Made by a program: the position numbers and the translations under genes
The notes under the pieces: model-generated
Told to the model about the DNA's origin: nothing
The model's database searches: none
The model's input: the letters and a program-made list of their open reading frames with translations, nothing else
Source of the DNA: Nitrospirota bacterium
Lineage (GTDB): Bacteria > Nitrospirota > UBA9217
Assembly (NCBI GenBank): GCA_963845065.1
Contig: CAWJQQ010000009.1
Coordinates: 32,001 to 96,000, forward strand
Direction: 5' to 3'
DNA length: 64,000 nucleotides
In this document: one piece after another, positions 58,980 through 64,000 of the stretch
Layout of the letters: each line of letters opens with the position of its first letter
Numbering within the stretch: the stretch's first letter is position 1

Positions 58980-59518
58980 AGCTGAACCTTCCCCGGCTTT
59001 CGGGTCTGAGAACGTTCAGAACCTTATCAACGGTGAAATGGCGGCGCACCAAGGCCCCTCAACGAACCAAGAAGCCTCGTCCGTAAGGTTGAGGTAGTAT
59101 ACCGACACAAGTTATTTCATCCACCAGCGACGTTTTTCTTGATGTCAGTCATCGGATAATGTTTAACATTCCCCGTTGCAAGCATAGTATGCTTTATGAA
59201 TGCGGTTGCGGCAATGATGCAGTCATCGAGCTCCAAACCCTGTGATCGTATGGTCCTTTTGTAGGTTCCTGCCTTCTCAGCAATATCTCTCGTCACATCT
59301 ATGATTGTGAGGCTGTCGAGTAGTTCCGTCGTCTTTGTCCGCTCATGCTCCTTCATCCTTGCATGAACTTCTGCTATAGTTTATAGTATAGTGTTTACCC
59401 TATAATGTCGATAACAAATGCAGATTGCGAAGATAAATGGACAGTTGTTCCGGAGATACCTGGGCAGGGGCTGAGGTGCTTAATCCAATTAGGCTCGGAC
59501 ACCCATTCCGATCGAGTT
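58658..59518 (+). repeat. Direct repeat copy 2 (with ~0.4 kb internal deletion)
   Basis: Junction ctgctat|agtttatag joins positions ~44293 and ~44701 of copy 1. Confidence 0.95.
59117..59377 (-). pseudogene. 5'-deleted vapC copy
   Basis: Matches the 3' part of 44033-44413; start and antitoxin deleted. Confidence 0.9.
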
Positions 59519-59912
59519 CGGATAATCGAATCGCTAAGACATCAATTCCGATTTTTTGGATACTGACTTCAGATTACGACAGTATATACTTCGCTCAGAA
59601 TTTTGCATCGTAAGAGACGGGTAAGCAATCTAAACTTCACCTACAAGCATGCAGCGCTGTTGAATAAATTTCAATGCATAATATTACATGAAAATTGTAA
59701 TACGCAGATAAGTGACTTATGCGCGTGTCCCAGTGTAAAATTGATTGTCGCCCTTTTGCTGACCCGCGACCCGTAGCCTTTATCATTGGAAGGACTTTGC
59801 TGGATGGACATATATAATCGTTGCACCGTAGTGAAGAACGTCACAAAATGAGTCCAGACAGAACAACCTCCCATCCGGACTCAAATTAATCTCCACGCAA
59901 GTCTTTAATCCA

Positions 59913-60182
59913 TCATGCTGCTTTGGTATGAAGTGATTTGATTACTTCAGGAGTGAACAGACCCACCTCTATGATCCGTGCTTTGTTAAGCAGGAATGCG
60001 GGAACAAGATTCCGGGCCTCTTTCTCGTCCCTGACATCCACAAGGGCATAAGCAGTATGATCACCTGCCATACAGCCATAGTTAAACTGCTTTAAAGTCT
60101 CTGGCCCCTTAGCGAGTTCTTCATCAAGTGCTCTCAGACACTCTTCCTTGGTGTGAGGAGATTCTATCATGTATTTTTTCAT
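59913..60182 (-). CDS. Small hypothetical protein
   Basis: GGAGG RBS; ESPHTKEEC...GCMAGDH. Confidence 0.75.
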   Translation of the reverse strand: MKKYMIESPHTKEECLRALDEELAKGPETLKQFNYGCMAGDHTAYALVDVRDEKEARNLVPAFLLNKARIIEVGLFTPEVIKSLHTKAA

Positions 60183-60602
60183 AGTGACCTCCCATCGACT
60201 GTTTAGATTACAACCCAAATAGGTTTTTAAAGCGACATTGCTCTCTAAAAAAAACTTATCACTAGTCGTTCAACAAGTCAATACAACTTTCGTCGGGCAA
60301 TCAGCAAGTCATATTCCGCTCTACTCTAGTTTTTCCCATATCGATTCCGTATTACCTTCTACTGAATGTGATTGCTATAAAACAACGTTCAAGGATTTAT
60401 AAGGCAATTTTGTGACAAGGGACAAGAATACTGGAGCTATATTGCACCCACGGCCAGCGACTCTGCTTAAAGTATTAGAAAAATAAATATGCAATATTGG
60501 TAAATAAGACTATTTTAATGTGATATATTTAAAAAACAACTTGGATGTGGAACCAATTGCCAAGTGGATTTTTGAAAAAAACAAGAGATGGAGGATACTA
60601 AA

Positions 60603-60980
60603 ATGAAAAAACTTCTCATTACGAGCATAACAATGCTATTTGTTTTTTCTTTAGGAACAGCTTACGCAGAATCCTTGAATGGAGTTACGGATTTCTCGGG
60701 CAGTACGTATGACTCATTCGTGGCTATCCCGCCGGAATTGAACGGCGCAATGAATGAAGGCGCAGGAGCCGGCGGATTGCGTGATGCGACCGAAGGAATC
60801 TCGAATGGCGTTACAGACTTCTCGGGCAGTACGTATGACTCATTTGTGGCTATCCCGGCCGAATCGAACGGCGCAATAAATGAAGGTGCAGGAGCCGGCG
60901 GATTGCGTGATGCGACCGAAGGAATCTCGAATGGCGTTACAGACTTCTCCGGCCGCAACTATGGTGATGGCGCAATGTAA
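60603..60980 (+). CDS. Secreted protein with 42-aa tandem repeats
   Basis: Signal ends AYA; 126-bp repeats start at 60678, 60804 and 60930. Confidence 0.85.
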   Translation: MKKLLITSITMLFVFSLGTAYAESLNGVTDFSGSTYDSFVAIPPELNGAMNEGAGAGGLRDATEGISNGVTDFSGSTYDSFVAIPAESNGAINEGAGAGGLRDATEGISNGVTDFSGRNYGDGAM

Positions 60981-61494
60981 GACGGTTCGGGAAAATAATT
61001 GTTTCGCAATGTGATGAGGATTCTCGCAAACGATACGGCAGGTTGCAGCGCAACCTGCCTTTTTTTCGTTATAAGTGTTTTCGGCCTTACTGATTTCAGA
61101 GTGCAATAATGCCATGGCAAACAGCTTCCGGCGTCCGGTTATGCTGTTTTTTTTCATCGTATTCTATGTGATCTGCACCGTGTTTCCAGATCCTTTAGGA
61201 GGTCAGCAAAGTGCCCGTTTTTTAGCATAAAGGGGTTTCAGTAAATCAAATATTTTTTTACATGTATTTTTAATGCCAGCACATTCATTAGGCACTGTCG
61301 AACCGACCGGATTTGCGTCGCATTAGTAAAAATGGATAGAAGTTAAAGAATGCGGGTTGATAATTGAAGTGTTGCTGAGAATGGAAATTTCGTGAGATTC
61401 AGGACAATTTACTAAAAGTTACGATCTATATTCTTCACATCAATCAAATTAAAATCTCTGTGAGCTGTACCTACTAGCATGCAACATCGTATAT

Positions 61495-61818
61495 ATGTGT
61501 CAGTGCGGTGTAGGGAAACGATGTGTCGGAGACAAAAAAACCCCGCTCGGTGAATATGAACTCGGTCAGCCAAAGCAATCCGGAAAATTTCGATTTTTTA
61601 TTCCGATCAAATATCCAAATGCAGAGCAATCATCAAAAGGATATACGGGCGGAAATATTGGCATTCATGGGCCGCACCGCGGCAGCCCCTGGCTTGGAAA
61701 AGATTCTGCTAAGGTCGACTGGACGCACGGATGCATCGCTGTCGGTACCGACGAAGACATTATCGAAGTTGCACAATGGGTGCAAGACCAAGGTGTGAAA
61801 AAGGTCATTATACGATGA
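61495..61818 (+). pseudogene. L,D-transpeptidase (YkuD) catalytic fragment
   Basis: GDKKTPLGEY, YPN, IGIHG, WTHGCIA; N-terminus apparently absent. Confidence 0.7.
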
Positions 61819-62215
61819 CCGGCAACCCCTCTTCCAACACGGAAATAATTCAACTCGGCAAGTACTCCACTTTCGACTCCGTACTTGTCAGACAGTCAGT
61901 CACTAACATTTATCAACTGAAGAACGTCATCATACTTGCGATAGTGTCCGCATTATTATTCATTCCAGGTCTAGCCTCGGAGGCCCAAGCATCCACTACG
62001 GGAAACGAAATGAAGTTTTGGGAAACATTGGCCAATATAGAGTATCACAGAACGAATCCTTGTACGAAATCGCCCGCAGGTACAAAACAGGATATGACGA
62101 GATGGTCACAGCCAATCCAGGGGTTGACCCCTATGTCCCCGGAAAAGGAACATCTCTCATCCTGCCGACATCATGGGTGCTCCCCGATACCAAGAGGGGC
62201 CATGGCATAAAACCA
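61815..62215 (+). pseudogene. LysM-containing N-terminus of an ErfK/YbiS-type L,D-transpeptidase, frameshifted and truncated
   Basis: ESLYEIARRY...ANPGVDPYVPGKGT...LPTSWVLP; signal peptide in another frame. Confidence 0.7.
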
Positions 62216-62217
62216 TA

Positions 62218-63567
62218 CTACTTGTCTAAGTTTTTTAGTTTTTTTAGGCCTTTTACAATACTACCGCTGATACTTCTCTGCCCTGGTTGGAACACCACTT
62301 CTCCAGCATCCCGCATCTCACTGCCTTTGGCTACGGTGAGTGATGAAGACTTTGCCAACGACAGGATCTGGCTTGGATATACACTCCGGTGGCCGGTCAT
62401 AAGAAAACTGATAACACAGGCTACGGCTGCATAGGGAGCAATCTGCGGTCCAAAAAGCTCAATCGCCATAATGCTTGCTGAAATCGGTGTGTTTGCCGCA
62501 CCAGCAAGCACACTGACCATCCCGATGGCTGAAAATAGAGCCATGTCGAAGCCTAGGACACCGCCGAAAAAGCTGCCTGCCGTCGCGCCGACAAAAAAGA
62601 TTGGCGTAACAATGCCGCCGCTACCGCCGAAACTAAGCGTGATCGCAGTAAATAACGCTTTTATCAGAAATGAACCACCAGAGACCGATTTGCCCTGCAG
62701 CACATCTGTTATCGTATCGAGACCAAGACCAAGATAACGTGAAGAAAACAGCCAGGTAAGAATAATGAGAGCAAAACCGCCGATAAATCCTTTCAGTGGC
62801 TTCCACATCTTAGCCCGATGGCTCAACCTCTCGAAAAGGCCGATCGTTTCGATGAGAATAAGTGAACAGAGGCCGAAAAATAGCCCTGCCAGGCACACTT
62901 TCAGAAAAAAATAGCTACTGAAAGCAGGTACAATGCATACAGCTTCATGAAAGTATGTTATACCTAGTGCGATTGAGACCTGATAACCCACGATGCCCGC
63001 CACAAACGACGGGAGTAGCACGTCATAGAGCATAGTCCCGACGAATAATACTTCAACACCGAAAAGTGCGCCTGCGATAGGCGTACCGAAGACTGTTGCG
63101 AAGCCAGCGCTGATTCCACAGATAACCAGTTTTTTTCTGTCCTGGTCGTTGAAACGTAGAAGCCCTGAAAAGGCCGATGCAATGGCAGCGCCGATTTGGG
63201 CAGCGGGGCCTTCTTTACCTGCTGATCCGCCGAATGCAAGTGTTACAATCGTGGCCACAAGTTTTACCGGCACGACAGCAAGTTTCATCTTACCCGAATG
63301 CCTGTGTACTGCCTCGATAATCTTCTCCGTGCCGTGGCCTTCGGCATCGGGTGCGAAAACTTTCACAATGAGGGCGCTTAGGAACAGGGCTACGGGAAGA
63401 AGAAGAAAATAGTAGTGATGCCGTGCTGTGGCGGAGATGCCTAGATTAAGCAGTTTCAAAAAAACTGTTGTCGAGATACCGACGAAAATGCCGATGCAAG
63501 TTGCCAAGAACAACCACTTCAGGATACTGATAAAAAGAACGGATCCTTCGACAACCTTTTTTCTCAT
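62218..63567 (-). CDS. CLC-family chloride channel/antiporter
   Basis: GGSAGKEGP, FGTPIAG, GGIVTP, ANTPIS. Confidence 0.93.
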   Translation of the reverse strand: MRKKVVEGSVLFISILKWLFLATCIGIFVGISTTVFLKLLNLGISATARHHYYFLLLPVALFLSALIVKVFAPDAEGHGTEKIIEAVHRHSGKMKLAVVPVKLVATIVTLAFGGSAGKEGPAAQIGAAIASAFSGLLRFNDQDRKKLVICGISAGFATVFGTPIAGALFGVEVLFVGTMLYDVLLPSFVAGIVGYQVSIALGITYFHEAVCIVPAFSSYFFLKVCLAGLFFGLCSLILIETIGLFERLSHRAKMWKPLKGFIGGFALIILTWLFSSRYLGLGLDTITDVLQGKSVSGGSFLIKALFTAITLSFGGSGGIVTPIFFVGATAGSFFGGVLGFDMALFSAIGMVSVLAGAANTPISASIMAIELFGPQIAPYAAVACVISFLMTGHRSVYPSQILSLAKSSSLTVAKGSEMRDAGEVVFQPGQRSISGSIVKGLKKLKNLDK

Positions 63568-63685
63568 GATAGTTTTTTCACTTTCTCGCTCGGAATAACT
63601 CGTCTGTGGGAAGATATCGTAAACGGTTCAATTACGTGCTTGCTCGCCTTTATTCTTTTGATGTGTATAAAGCTTAAAAAAAGAA

Positions 63686-63719
63686 GGGGTGTCGGAGGAA
63701 TAAAAACCTCTGACACCCC
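63686..63719 (-). terminator. Intrinsic terminator
   Basis: 13-bp GC-rich stem followed by a U-rich tract on the minus strand. Confidence 0.75.
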
Positions 63720-63760
63720 ATAAATTGATGCAGTGTTGCATCTAACTATAGGGGAGAAAT

Positions 63761-63988
63761 TCATGCAGCTCTTCCGGTTTTCCTTTTCGATGACTTTCGA
63801 AACTTCTTTTCGAGTAAAAAGATCTCTGCCTCATATCGCTTGAGTTGAGTCGTAATGTCTTTGACCTTGGCATCCTCAGAGGGATTTTCCCAGCCTTCTG
63901 CCGTTACCAGTGAGAATACCCTCGCACCGAGGTCGGACAAACCATTGTGCATTTTTGTCTTGAGCGCGATCAGTTTATAGTGACGCAT
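63761..63988 (-). CDS. Hypothetical protein (possibly 5'-incomplete)
   Basis: Helical ORF ending before the terminator. Confidence 0.5.
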   Translation of the reverse strand: MRHYKLIALKTKMHNGLSDLGARVFSLVTAEGWENPSEDAKVKDITTQLKRYEAEIFLLEKKFRKSSKRKTGRAA

Positions 63989-64000
63989 CCCTTCTTCTGA

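Noticed and set aside
63568..63760. Fluoride riboswitch upstream of the CLC gene
   Set aside because: No crcB-motif sequence seen, and the protein has GKEGP rather than the fluoride-type GREGT signature.

Overview
Bacterial accessory-rich window, probably from an anaerobic sulfur-cycling organism (Nitrospirota or Desulfobacterota-like; inferred from gene content only). Contents left to right: (1) the end of an AT-rich exopolysaccharide cluster with an exosortase, a nucleotide-sugar dehydrogenase and PrsK/PrsR. (2) A sigma-54 promoter driving three tandem, extremely short PEP-CTERM proteins whose predicted mature parts are 8-11 residues with two cysteines each, followed by a DsbA-family oxidoreductase. 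(3) A non-autonomous IS200/IS605 element with intact tnpB whose ends can be read to the base, splitting a DUF362 gene. (4) A dense toxin-antitoxin island with IS debris. (5) An orange-protein (ORP)-like Fe-S cluster with an OrpR-like regulator. (6) mazEF between 68-bp hairpin direct repeats. (7) A nitroreductase, a hybrid PAS kinase and a lipoprotein/caspase/DUF4384 operon. (8) About 14 kb bracketed by a direct repeat, holding a split-Soret cytochrome/YeeE/FadL unit, a selenobiotic (SbtA/SbtM-type) radical SAM RiPP locus and an XPB helicase pair. The second RiPP precursor is missed by the ORF track because it has UGA exactly where its paralog has Cys. (9) Small genes and a CLC channel. Top candidates: the micro-PEP-CTERM/DsbA system and the Cys/Sec precursor pair. 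No rRNA, tRNA or CRISPR array was seen. All family calls come from motif recognition, not database searches.
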